Assembly (NCBI GenBank): GCA_963932515.1
Contig: CAWVRT010000008.1
Coordinates: 183-64,182, forward strand
Source of the DNA: an uncultured Chitinophagales bacterium
GTDB lineage: Bacteria; Bacteroidota; Bacteroidia; Chitinophagales; UBA8649
Reading direction: 5' to 3'
Length of the DNA stretch: 64,000 nucleotides
The position numbers and the translations under genes are program-made. Each line of letters begins with the position of its first letter. The first letter of the stretch is position 1. Of the stretch, positions 38,109 through 48,060 are shown in pieces. The notes beneath the pieces are model-generated. The model ran no database searches. It had not been told where the DNA came from and saw only the letters and a list, made by a program, of their open reading frames with translations.

Positions 38109-38830
38109 TGGGATTGTTAGAGTATGAAATATTGGGTGCTAGGTGTCTTTGTGTAGATTCTAGGGAAGAATATGTAAATCATATAGAAAACTTAATGCAT
38201 GAAAAAAAAGGCGGTTATAGTGTAGCTATCAATGCTGAAAAGATCATGTTGTATCAAAAAAATAAAGAAGTTAAAGATGTTATAGATAACTCAACATTAC
38301 CAAGTCCAGATGGTGCAGGTGCTTTAATTGGTTTAAAATTATTACATAAAAAGACTTCATTAAAAATAGATTTACCAAAAACAATACTAGAAATTGCGGA
38401 TAAAAACAATTCGAATTTATTCGTTCTTGGAGCATCTAGTGAAGTAAATAAGTTGGCAGTAGAAACAATTAGAAATAGATATCCTTCTGTTAAGGTTGTA
38501 GGAAGTAGAGATGGCTATTTTAAAGATGAGGTAGAAATAATTAAAGAAATAACGCAAGCAAATCCACAAATAATAATGATGGCATTAGGTACGCCTAAGC
38601 AAGAAATCCTAGCTGTTAAAGTAAACAAACTGTTGCCGGCAGCCATTGTAATAGGTTGTGGCGGGGCTTTAGATGTGTTGGCAGGAAAAGTAAAAAGGGC
38701 ACCTAAACTTATTCAAAACATTCATTTAGAGTGGTTGTGGAGGTTAATCGAAAGTCCATCAAGAATAAAAAGGCAAAAAGTTTTACCACTTTTTTTGTTT
38801 AAAGTTATACTCGCAACTTTGAAAAAATGA
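38108..38830 (+). CDS. WecG/TagA/CpsF-family glycosyltransferase (GT26)
   Basis: Motifs MALGTPKQE and GCGGALDVLAGKVKRAP...LEWLWRLIESPSR. The start is placed at the ATG overlapping the upstream stop (TAATG) rather than the ORF-track 38069. Confidence 0.85.
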   Translation: MGLLEYEILGARCLCVDSREEYVNHIENLMHEKKGGYSVAINAEKIMLYQKNKEVKDVIDNSTLPSPDGAGALIGLKLLHKKTSLKIDLPKTILEIADKNNSNLFVLGASSEVNKLAVETIRNRYPSVKVVGSRDGYFKDEVEIIKEITQANPQIIMMALGTPKQEILAVKVNKLLPAAIVIGCGGALDVLAGKVKRAPKLIQNIHLEWLWRLIESPSRIKRQKVLPLFLFKVILATLKK

Positions 38831-40071
38831 ATTTTATAACTACAATAAAAACAAATTTAAAATTGAAAAATGAAAATGAGCTATATTTCATTTTTTTGAG
38901 TTTTTTTATGTTTGTTTTACCACTTTATAAGATTTCTGCTAGTCCAATATTGATTATTTTAAGCATTGCTATTCTTTTTAAACTTTTTAAAACTAAATAC
39001 AAAATCCTTAAAGTATTTGTAAATACTAAAATAAGTATTTTGTTTCTTCTTTTATTTTCTATAGTTTTAACCAGTTTTTTTTATAGTTCTAATATGAACA
39101 ATACGATTAAAGAAGTAAAGAATTTATTGCCGTTATTAATTTTTCCTTTACTTTTTTCCTATATAAAGCTAAAAGACAAACAGATAATTTTTATTTTAAA
39201 GAGTTTTATACTTGGCTGTTTAGTTGCATTTTTTGTAAGTATTGGTTCTCAATTATTTCATTATTTTAATTCCCAGGAATATTCTTTTCATTATTCTAAG
39301 TTTGTTGCTATACTTTGGATGCATCCTACTTATTTATCTATTTATTTGAATTTTGGCATCTTGGTAAGCTATTATTTAGTAATAAGAAAAAATATTTCTC
39401 TTAGGTATTTTGTCTTTGCTATTTCAGTTTTTATAATTTTCATTTTATTGCTTTCAGCTAGAATGCAAATTATTAATTCAGTGATAGTTTTTGCTTTTAT
39501 ATTTATTCATTTTTTGAAAAATAATTTTTCCTTAAAAGTTTTTTTTTCATTATTACTCATTCCGTTATTCATTCTAATCTTTGCACTAAACAATCAAAAA
39601 ACTATTGATAGATTTACTTATATCCAAAATTTTAATTACAAGCTAGAATCTACTAAAAACAAAGATTGGAATGGCGTTAATGTAAGATTGGCTATATGGG
39701 AATGTGCTGCTGGTCTAATAAAAGAAAATATTCTTTTTGGCGTAGGAGTGGGCGATGAAAATGAGGAATTATTGAAAGCCTTTAAAAATAGAAATTTCAA
39801 TTTTGCACATAATTTAAACTATGTAGCACACAATCAATATATTCAATTTCTAATTTCCAATGGAATAATTGGCTTGTTTAGTTATTTAGCTATTTTTATA
39901 TATTCTTTTTGCTATGCTATTAGAAACAGGCACTTTCTATTATTTGGATTAAGTTTTATATTATTATTTTCAGGTTTTACAGAATCGTTTTTAAAAATGC
40001 AAAGTGGAATTGTATTCTTTTCTTTTATGATAATTTTCCTTTTTCATTATAAAACTTTTGATTCAAATTAA
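38827..40071 (+). CDS. O-antigen ligase / polymerase family membrane protein (Wzy_C-type)
   Basis: 414 aa and polytopic. The periplasmic loop WNGVNVRLAIWECAAGLIKENILFGVGVGD is typical of the O-antigen ligase domain. ATGA overlap with the upstream gene. Confidence 0.7.
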   Translation: MNFITTIKTNLKLKNENELYFIFLSFFMFVLPLYKISASPILIILSIAILFKLFKTKYKILKVFVNTKISILFLLLFSIVLTSFFYSSNMNNTIKEVKNLLPLLIFPLLFSYIKLKDKQIIFILKSFILGCLVAFFVSIGSQLFHYFNSQEYSFHYSKFVAILWMHPTYLSIYLNFGILVSYYLVIRKNISLRYFVFAISVFIIFILLLSARMQIINSVIVFAFIFIHFLKNNFSLKVFFSLLLIPLFILIFALNNQKTIDRFTYIQNFNYKLESTKNKDWNGVNVRLAIWECAAGLIKENILFGVGVGDENEELLKAFKNRNFNFAHNLNYVAHNQYIQFLISNGIIGLFSYLAIFIYSFCYAIRNRHFLLFGLSFILLFSGFTESFLKMQSGIVFFSFMIIFLFHYKTFDSN

Positions 40072-40089
40072 AAACCTTAATTTCACAAC

Positions 40090-41205
40090 GTGTTAGAAGT
40101 ATTAGCTGAAATATATAATAAGTTTGTATTCGATAAATTGTATGTTTTACTTTTGTTGAGCTTTATTATTTCTTATATTTTAGTGCCGCCAATCATCTTA
40201 ATTTCTAAAAAATTAAAACTAGGTGATAAAGGTGGTGGAAGAAAAATCCATAAAAAAGTAATTCCGACATTAGGAGGAATAGCTATTATTATTTCGTTTA
40301 TGGTTTCGTTGTTAGCTTGGTCGCCTAATTTTTCTATAGAAACAAACTTCAAAAACAATGAGTTTTTGTTTGGTGGAATTTCAGTTTTAATATTATTAAT
40401 AGTAGGTGTTAGAGATGATTTAATTCCTATAAAATCTTTGGTAAAATTGATTGTTCAAATATTAACTGCTTTTATAGTTGTTGTCTTTGGAAAGCTTTAT
40501 TTCACTGATTTTAATGGCTTATTTGGTTTGGAAGTAATCCCAATATTTTACGGAAAATTATTGTGTATTTTCATAATTGTAGCTATTGTAAACGCCTACA
40601 ATTTAATAGATGGTATTGATGGTTTAGCTTCTGTAATGGCTATGATATCTTCTTTATTTTTTGCTATGTGGTTCATTCTGGGAAACAACATAGTAATGTA
40701 TTCTATCGCCATTAGTTTATTTGGATCCTTGCTAGGCTTTTTAATGTTTAATAAATCTCCTGCTAAAATATTTATGGGAGACACAGGCTCTATGTTTGTA
40801 GGTTTTATTTTAGCTATTTTAGCCATACGTTTTATCGCTTTTAATTCTATTGTAAAAGACTCGTATCTTCATGTAGAAAATGCACCATTAATAGCAATGA
40901 CAACCATGTTAGTACCTGTTTTAGATGTGATAAGAGTTTTTGTAGATAGGCTCTTGGCTAAAAAATCCCCATTTTATCCAGATAAATCACATATTCATCA
41001 TTTGTTACTTAAGATAGGTTTTTCACATAATATGGTGGTAAGTTTATTAGGGGGATTAAGTGTAACTTTTATATTTATCTCTGTTTTGTTTAATGATAAA
41101 TTATCATTTTTAGTATTTATTTTTATGTGTCTTGTTTTTATAGGAATTTCTATAGGCATAAAATATATGATAATAGGAAAAATAAAAAAAATAAGAAATT
41201 CTTAA
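40090..41205 (+). CDS. Polyprenyl-phosphate HexNAc-1-phosphate transferase (MraY/WecA family)
   Basis: Motifs NAYNLIDGIDGLA and FMGDTGSMF, with about 10 TM helices. GTG start. Confidence 0.85.
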   Translation: MLEVLAEIYNKFVFDKLYVLLLLSFIISYILVPPIILISKKLKLGDKGGGRKIHKKVIPTLGGIAIIISFMVSLLAWSPNFSIETNFKNNEFLFGGISVLILLIVGVRDDLIPIKSLVKLIVQILTAFIVVVFGKLYFTDFNGLFGLEVIPIFYGKLLCIFIIVAIVNAYNLIDGIDGLASVMAMISSLFFAMWFILGNNIVMYSIAISLFGSLLGFLMFNKSPAKIFMGDTGSMFVGFILAILAIRFIAFNSIVKDSYLHVENAPLIAMTTMLVPVLDVIRVFVDRLLAKKSPFYPDKSHIHHLLLKIGFSHNMVVSLLGGLSVTFIFISVLFNDKLSFLVFIFMCLVFIGISIGIKYMIIGKIKKIRNS

Positions 41206-41343
41206 TTTAAGCTCAGTAAGTTAGATCTTCAGTCACATTACTAATTATTCAGCCTTCAGTTTTCGCCATTTAACATCATTATATAATTCATTACTTTCTA
41301 GTTATATCCAGTTTTGAAGTATTAATTCATAAACAAAAAAACA

Positions 41344-42429
41344 TTAATCTTCTCTAAACATGAAATCACTAATTAATGTGTGGAAGTGATGCACACCCTT
41401 TTCCATTGTCGGAGAAAACCTACCTTGCTTATAAAATCGAGATGAAACTCCTTTTTGAACTTTTTGTACAATTTCTTCATCTTCCATTTCTACTTTATCT
41501 AAATCAGCTCCCGCTCCCAAATCTAATTTACGCTCATCCCAAACATAAGATTTGAAAATAACTTGTGTTCTGCTTGGAGAAACAGGATTTATAATATTTA
41601 CAGACAATCCCCAAGGATAAAAATTGAGCATGATATTTGGGAAAATCCAAAAGTAATAAGCTGCAATATTTTTACCAAAATCTTTGGAATCTTTTGGCAA
41701 ATTAAAGCAATCTTCTCCTTCTTTCCCATATCCAATTTGTAAATTGGAATATTTAAAAATTTCTACATCATAACTATTGTACTCTAAAACAGCTGTTAAA
41801 TCTGTATGGATAAAAGGAATATGAAATCCTTCCAAGTAATTATCGCAATACAAAGCCCAGTTAGCATCTACCATATATGTTTTCGATAGATCTTCTCTAT
41901 ACTCAAAGTCTGAAATTGGCATCCATCCAATCCTTTCATCAACATCTTTGAGTAGCTCCTTAAAATTTATTTCTGGGTGAAGGGAAGTGAAAATAAACTG
42001 ATTCCATTTAGCAGAGGGAATCTTCGTTAAATGATCCTGTTCTGAAGGAAAATTTTTCATTTCTTCGGTTTTGGGCATAAATACAAACTTTCCACAACTA
42101 TTAAACTGTTTACCGTGATAAGCGCAAACAATATTCTTTTTGACTACGCAGGCTTCATTAATTAAAACATTTCCTCTATGCGTACATACATTTGAGTAGC
42201 AATTAACAGTACCTTCATTCTTAATTAAGAAAAGTGGTTCCTCAATAAAATTATCCATATAGGTGAATGGATAAACACTTTTATCTGATGTCAAATTAGT
42301 TTCATCGGTAATTAACTGCCAACTTTTTGCAAAAATAGCTTCTTTTACATTCTCAAAAACATCTTCTGAGCAATAGAAATCTCCTGTAAGAGTAGCCGCT
42401 TCTGTTATGTCTTTATTTATCTTTTTCAT
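41344..42429 (-). CDS. Rieske [2Fe-2S] aromatic-ring-hydroxylating oxygenase alpha-subunit-like protein
   Basis: Rieske motifs CTHRGNVL and CAYHGKQF, with a C-terminal catalytic-domain-like region (NYLEGFHIPFIH). Confidence 0.85.
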   Translation of the reverse strand: MKKINKDITEAATLTGDFYCSEDVFENVKEAIFAKSWQLITDETNLTSDKSVYPFTYMDNFIEEPLFLIKNEGTVNCYSNVCTHRGNVLINEACVVKKNIVCAYHGKQFNSCGKFVFMPKTEEMKNFPSEQDHLTKIPSAKWNQFIFTSLHPEINFKELLKDVDERIGWMPISDFEYREDLSKTYMVDANWALYCDNYLEGFHIPFIHTDLTAVLEYNSYDVEIFKYSNLQIGYGKEGEDCFNLPKDSKDFGKNIAAYYFWIFPNIMLNFYPWGLSVNIINPVSPSRTQVIFKSYVWDERKLDLGAGADLDKVEMEDEEIVQKVQKGVSSRFYKQGRFSPTMEKGVHHFHTLISDFMFRED

Positions 42430-42597
42430 ACTGGTAAAGGTAGAAATATTTTGAGGGTTTAAATCAAATTGTTTTTTTCGTGTTATGTTTTTTGAATTAG
42501 TACAATAAGCTTCTATTGCATTAACTAATTTTTCTACTTTAACATTTAATAATTCACAAAATTAATAATCACTTATTTTTTAACTAATATTGTAATC

Positions 42598-43851
42598 ATG
42601 AAAAATGTATTAGTCGTGTTTCTTCTTATTTTTAGCAGCTATTCTTATACTCAAATCCAAGTGAAAGCAAAAATAGTAAATGCTGAGACTTTTAAACTAA
42701 TTGAGTTTGCTAGTGTGTTGAATTTAAAAACTTTAGAAGGTGCTATTTCTGATACTTTAGGATTTTTTGTTTTGCAAGTGCCTAATAAAAAGTCACAATT
42801 GATGATTCAAAGTTTAGGATATAAAACGGATACTTTTACAGTGGAAGAAGTCTTGTCTGCCGAAGTAATAAAACTAGAAGTCAATAATTTTGAAATTTTA
42901 GATGTAATTGTTTATCCAAAAAGTCCTTTTGATATTGTTAGAAAAGCAGTTCTTAAAATTGATGAAAATTATCATGCTGAAACCATTGCTCAAAATGTAT
43001 TTTCTAGAGAAGAATTAATTGTAAACAAGCAACTTTTTGGAATAAGAGAAATTAATTTTAATGCTTTAGCAAAGTTTAAGAATGATGAAAATGCAAATCT
43101 TATTTCTATAAATAAAGCAAGATATTTTTCAAATATAGATACTTTAAGAAGTTTAGGAAAAATAGTAGCCAGGCAATTAGTTGGGTTTGATTCTACAGAA
43201 ATCAAGAAAGATGTTCAGCAGTTCTTTTCTATGAATTTTTTATTGAACGACAATCTAGGGAACTCTAAAACAAGTTTACTAGGAAAGAATAGTCTTAAGT
43301 ATTATAAATACAATTACAATGGGCTAGTAAAAAAAGATGATTATGTTGCTTATCATATTACATTCGACCAAGTAGATAATTTAAAAAAGAGCTTATATAA
43401 AGGACATTTTTATATTGATACCGCTTCATTAGCTTTTATAGATATCCAAATATATACCAGTCCAAAAGGAATAGGATTTCAAAAATATGTTCCAAAAACT
43501 ATTAAATTAATTTTAAAATTATTTGGATTTTCTTTTTATATTAAAGGAATGGATTATCAAATTCACTATAAGCAAATAGGTCAGAAATGGATTTTAGATA
43601 AAGCCTATTCTAAATTGGCTGCAGTAGTTTCAAAAAAAGGCTATTCTTTTGATGGTTTTATGAGAATATTGGTAGATGTTAATAAATTTTATCCAAAAGA
43701 AGATTTTTATAATCGAAAATCTAAGTACGACAAAATTGGTTCAGAAATCGAAGATTTTAAAAAACCTACTTTTTTTAATGGATTGCATTATGTTCCTAAT
43801 ACTAAGTCTTCAAAGTATATTAAACAAAAAGAGCAGCGAAGTACTTATTAA
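42598..43851 (+). CDS. Hypothetical secreted protein with N-terminal carboxypeptidase-regulatory-like domain
   Basis: Signal peptide followed by a CarbopepD_reg-like beta-sandwich pattern (KAKIVNAET...ISDTLGFFVLQVP...QSLGYKTDTF). The rest is unassigned. Confidence 0.5.
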   Translation: MKNVLVVFLLIFSSYSYTQIQVKAKIVNAETFKLIEFASVLNLKTLEGAISDTLGFFVLQVPNKKSQLMIQSLGYKTDTFTVEEVLSAEVIKLEVNNFEILDVIVYPKSPFDIVRKAVLKIDENYHAETIAQNVFSREELIVNKQLFGIREINFNALAKFKNDENANLISINKARYFSNIDTLRSLGKIVARQLVGFDSTEIKKDVQQFFSMNFLLNDNLGNSKTSLLGKNSLKYYKYNYNGLVKKDDYVAYHITFDQVDNLKKSLYKGHFYIDTASLAFIDIQIYTSPKGIGFQKYVPKTIKLILKLFGFSFYIKGMDYQIHYKQIGQKWILDKAYSKLAAVVSKKGYSFDGFMRILVDVNKFYPKEDFYNRKSKYDKIGSEIEDFKKPTFFNGLHYVPNTKSSKYIKQKEQRSTY

Positions 43852-43865
43852 GTAATAAATGCCTA

Positions 43866-44351
43866 TCACCAGTTCATTGCGTCATCACTATCATCATTCG
43901 TGTCATTATCTATTTTTGGAGATTCTGTTTCTGTAGAAGTTTCTTTCCCGTCATATTGGTCTAAGTAATCACCCGATTTCAATTCACTTCTAGTTGTTTT
44001 TATATTAATTTCTTGAGCAGGTTGGTTGGCGTACTTTTCAGGATTTTCTGCCTTATCTTTTTCTACTTGCTCACTATAAACTTGTCTGTTATAGTTTTCG
44101 TAGTCAAACGTTGGGTTTAACTCTGTTTTTATATGGTCTAAAGTTTCGGATAGCTTATCTTGAAAATCTTTAAAGTCTTCTTTGTATAAAAAGATTTTAT
44201 GAGAATCATAACCTGGGCGATCATACCTCTTTTTACTTTCTGTTATGGTAACAAAAAAGTCACCTTGTTTAGTAGAACGCACATCAAAAAAATACGATCT
44301 CTTTTTTCCTGCTCTCAATTTTCTTGAGAAAAACCCTTGTTGATTTTCCAC
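43866..44351 (-). CDS. PUR-alpha-like DNA/RNA-binding protein (DUF3276) with acidic tail
   Basis: FSRKLRAGKKRSYFFDVRSTKQGDFFVTITESKK and HKIFLYKEDF, characteristic of DUF3276. The C-terminus is Asp/Glu-rich. Confidence 0.7.
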   Translation of the reverse strand: MENQQGFFSRKLRAGKKRSYFFDVRSTKQGDFFVTITESKKRYDRPGYDSHKIFLYKEDFKDFQDKLSETLDHIKTELNPTFDYENYNRQVYSEQVEKDKAENPEKYANQPAQEINIKTTRSELKSGDYLDQYDGKETSTETESPKIDNDTNDDSDDAMNW

Positions 44352-44872
44352 TGCATTTTATTTTTTAGTTTAACATATTTATATACCAAGAAGTTACCTA
44401 GAATATATTTTCAGCACTACAAAAATAATCTATTTCAGTAATAATTCAAATTTTTAACAAAATATTAATCAATACATACAATTTACATTGTAGATTTTCT
44501 GCTTGGACTAAACATTATTCATCATGAGTAATATTAAAACGAGAAGTATCACCTAGTTTCAAGCGAATAAAAATAAGGAATACTGTACCCATCTTAGAAA
44601 TATTTACCTTCTTAGTTAAATCCTTTCATAGGATTTTATAAGAATATTTTTTTGACGGTTACTTTTTCATAACATTTAGGGATTATTCTACACATCAGGC
44701 GAGTGGTCTTTATACCTTTATTGTGCATTACAAGATGGTTTTACCGCTATAATTATAGTTATTTAATCAATTAATATTATCAAACTAAGTATAGATATAA
44801 TTTCCCCAAATAAAACAAGACTTTTATTTTAAAAAAAATTACTTTTACATTTCAAATTAAAAACACAAAAAG

Positions 44873-46417
44873 ATGCCTGCAAAAGTTGATGATTTATTTA
44901 AGAAAGTAATAGCACACTCTAAAGAATATGGATTTATTTTTCCTTCTTCAGAAATATATGACGGTTTAGCAGCAGTTTATGACTACGGTTCGTATGGTGT
45001 AGAGTTAAAAAATAACATAAAGCAATATTGGTGGAAATCTATGGTGCAAATGCATGAAAACATTGTTGGACTTGATACTGCAATTTTCATGAATCCACAA
45101 ACTTGGAAAGCTTCTGGGCATGTTGATGCTTTTAGTGACCCTTTAATAGACAATAAAGATTCTAAAAAAAGATATCGAGCAGATGTTTTAATTGAAGATT
45201 TTGTCGAGAAAATTAATTTGAAAATTGTTAAAGATATTACGAAAGCAAAAAAACGTTTTGGAGATGCTTTTGATGAAAAAGAATTTAGAGCAACCAATGG
45301 AAATGTATTGAGACGTCAACAACAAATGGATGAGATCAATAATCGTTTTCAAAAGGCTTTAGAAGCAGATAATTTAGAAGAAGTTCGTCAAATTATTATA
45401 GACTTAGAAATTTCTTGCCCAGTAAGTGGTACAAAGAATTGGACAGAAGTAAAGCAATTCAATTTAATGTTTTCTACACAAATTGGTGCTTCTGCAGATA
45501 ATTCTTCAACAGTTTATTTAAGACCAGAAACAGCACAAGGTACTTTTGTAAATTTTTTAAATGTTTTAAATACTTCTAGACAAAGAATTCCTTTTGGAAT
45601 AGCACAAATTGGTAAAGCTTTCAGAAATGAAATCGTTGCGCGTCAATTTATTTTTAGAGTAAGAGAATTTGAACAAATGGAAATGCAATTTTTTGTTCGC
45701 CCGGGTACGGAAGATACTTGGTATGCATACTGGAAAGAAGCTCGTCAGAATTGGCATTTAGCTTTAGGAATGAATAAAGAAAATTATCGTTTTCACGATC
45801 ATTTAAAAATGGCTCATTATGCAAAAAATGGATCAGATATTGAGTTTGATTTCCCGTTTGGGTTTAAAGAATTAGAAGGAATACATTCTAGAACAGATTT
45901 TGATTTAAAACAACATCAAGAATTAAGTGGTAAGAAATTACAATATTTTGATCCGGAAATAAACGAAAGTTATGTTCCTTATGTAGTAGAAACTGCCATA
46001 GGAGTAGATAGAATGTTTTTATCTGTAATGAGTGCTTCTTATAAGGAAGAAGTTGTAAGTGCTGAAAAAAACACTTCTAGAGTTGTTTTAAAATTACCAC
46101 CAGTATTAGCACCCATTAAAGTAGCGGTTTTCCCATTGACTAAAAAAGATGGTATGCCGGAGAAAGCAAAAGAAATCTTTAATGCATTGAAATTCGACAT
46201 GAATTGCTACTATGAGGAAAAAGATAATATCGGTAAACGTTACAGACGTCAAGATGCTGTAGGTACACCGTATTGTATTACAGTAGACCATCAAACATTA
46301 GAAGACAATACCGTTACTATTAGAGAAAGAGATTCTATGGAGCAAGAACGTGTTTCTATTCAAGACGTTGCTAAAATAGTAGCAGACAGATGTAGTTGGA
46401 AAACAGTATTAGCATAA
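44873..46417 (+). CDS. glyQS: Glycine--tRNA ligase (dimeric class II type)
   Basis: 514 aa with an N-terminus typical of GlyQS (FIFPSSEIYDGLAAVYDYGSYG), the class II motif FRNEI, and a C-terminal anticodon-binding domain. Confidence 0.95.
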   Translation: MPAKVDDLFKKVIAHSKEYGFIFPSSEIYDGLAAVYDYGSYGVELKNNIKQYWWKSMVQMHENIVGLDTAIFMNPQTWKASGHVDAFSDPLIDNKDSKKRYRADVLIEDFVEKINLKIVKDITKAKKRFGDAFDEKEFRATNGNVLRRQQQMDEINNRFQKALEADNLEEVRQIIIDLEISCPVSGTKNWTEVKQFNLMFSTQIGASADNSSTVYLRPETAQGTFVNFLNVLNTSRQRIPFGIAQIGKAFRNEIVARQFIFRVREFEQMEMQFFVRPGTEDTWYAYWKEARQNWHLALGMNKENYRFHDHLKMAHYAKNGSDIEFDFPFGFKELEGIHSRTDFDLKQHQELSGKKLQYFDPEINESYVPYVVETAIGVDRMFLSVMSASYKEEVVSAEKNTSRVVLKLPPVLAPIKVAVFPLTKKDGMPEKAKEIFNALKFDMNCYYEEKDNIGKRYRRQDAVGTPYCITVDHQTLEDNTVTIRERDSMEQERVSIQDVAKIVADRCSWKTVLA

Positions 46418-46452
46418 GAGTCTTTTACCAACAGCCATAAGACAAAAAAAAC

Positions 46453-47340
46453 ATGACCAAAATAATTCTATCAAATTCAACGGATCCATTCTACAATTTA
46501 GCGATTGAAGAGTGGGCTGTTAGAAATATTGATACGACTACTTGCGATTACCTTTTTTTATATATTAATACAGATTGTGTAGTAGTTGGCAGAAATCAAA
46601 ATGTTTTTCAAGAAGTAAATTTAAGATACTGTAAAGAACATAAAATTGAAATTTGTAGAAGGGTAAGTGGTGGTGGTACAGTATTTCATGATGTTGAAAA
46701 TGTAAATTGGACATTTATTTCAAAATTTGAGGCAGATAAAGTAAATGATTACAAAGTATTTGCTTCTTCAATTATCAAAGTACTTCAGAAATTAAAATTA
46801 AAAGCATATTTAAATGATCGAAATGCTATAATGGTAGATTCTTATAAGTTGTCTGGTCAAGCTCAGTTTACAAACAGAAAGAATATATTAAGCCATGGTA
46901 CCTTATTGTACAATAGCGATATTGAGAAACTAAATAATACGACAACGCTAAAGAACAAAATTGTAAAAACTAAAGCAACTAAATCTGTTCGAAGTGAAGT
47001 AAAAACAATCAAAGATTTGTCTAGTGTAAAGTTGGACGGAGTAAATGCTTTAATTCAATTAATTATTGCAGAAAACGTACTTAAAGAAACTATCTTTTTT
47101 GATATAAATACACCAGGTATTCAACAAGAAATTGCTATATTAAAAGGACGATACCAAACGCAAAAATGGATTTATCAACGTTCTTCATCTTGTGAAATTA
47201 CAGAAGAAATTAAAGGGGAATTATTAACTTTTATTATTGAAAAATTAATAATAATTGCTGTAAAAAATAAAAAGGGTGAAGAAATTAATCAACACCCTTT
47301 ATTAAATTATAATTATTTAGATTTATTCAGTTTTCATTAA
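46453..47340 (+). CDS. Lipoate--protein ligase family protein (BPL/LPL catalytic domain)
   Basis: NPFYNLAIEEW, VVVGRNQN, RRVSGGGTVFHD and KLSGQAQ motifs. The C-terminal part is atypical or short, and the 3' end overlaps the convergent gene by 18 nt. Confidence 0.7.
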   Translation: MTKIILSNSTDPFYNLAIEEWAVRNIDTTTCDYLFLYINTDCVVVGRNQNVFQEVNLRYCKEHKIEICRRVSGGGTVFHDVENVNWTFISKFEADKVNDYKVFASSIIKVLQKLKLKAYLNDRNAIMVDSYKLSGQAQFTNRKNILSHGTLLYNSDIEKLNNTTTLKNKIVKTKATKSVRSEVKTIKDLSSVKLDGVNALIQLIIAENVLKETIFFDINTPGIQQEIAILKGRYQTQKWIYQRSSSCEITEEIKGELLTFIIEKLIIIAVKNKKGEEINQHPLLNYNYLDLFSFH

Positions 47341-47889
47341 ATCTTTTATGTCGAATGAAACTCTTTCTCTATTAACAAATTTTGTAACAAAGGCACCACT
47401 AATACCCATCTTTCTAATAGCACTTGCAAGTGCTTCAGCTTCCAAAGGATCTTGAAAACTTCCAACATAATATTTTGAAACTCCATCAGTTTCTTCTGTC
47501 GTAATCACATTTCCGAAACCACCTTTTTCATCAAAATCATTAAGAGCATATGCGCCTAATTGTACTCTAAATGCTAATGCTAAATTTTGTTCAATAATAT
47601 TTTGTCTCTCATTGTTTATTTTTTCAAAACCACTTATTTGTGCATTTAATTCAGTTATAGAATCAGCATATTTATTTGATAGTTCTTCTAAAACAGAGAT
47701 TTTAAGCGCCATATTATCTAAATTTTCTTGAGCTGCTAGTTCTTTTCTTCTATAAGAAGCAGGATCTTTCATGAAAGATCTTAAGTGCTTTTTAGTTGAC
47801 TTATTTATCTTTCTATTTTGCGCAACGACTTCATTCTGAAAGCCTAAAAAAATAAAAGAGATTAAAGCAATAATTTTGAATGTCTTCAT
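47323..47889 (-). CDS. SPOR-domain protein (secreted, coiled-coil N-terminus)
   Basis: Signal peptide and a C-terminal SPOR-like pattern FRVQLGAYALND...YYVGSFQDPLEAEALASAIRKMGISGAFV. Confidence 0.6.
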   Translation of the reverse strand: MKTFKIIALISFIFLGFQNEVVAQNRKINKSTKKHLRSFMKDPASYRRKELAAQENLDNMALKISVLEELSNKYADSITELNAQISGFEKINNERQNIIEQNLALAFRVQLGAYALNDFDEKGGFGNVITTEETDGVSKYYVGSFQDPLEAEALASAIRKMGISGAFVTKFVNRERVSFDIKDLMKTE

Positions 47890-48060
47890 AGTAATATTAT
47901 TTAGTTGTTAGTATACTTGATTATTTGAAATGATCTGTTTCAAATAAATCAATAGGTGAATGACAAATATATAATACTTTGGTATTTTTTTTTAAATAAA
48001 ACTACTTATTTTACATTATTGTATTGTTTACCGTCCAAAATAAAATACATTTGCAATTAA

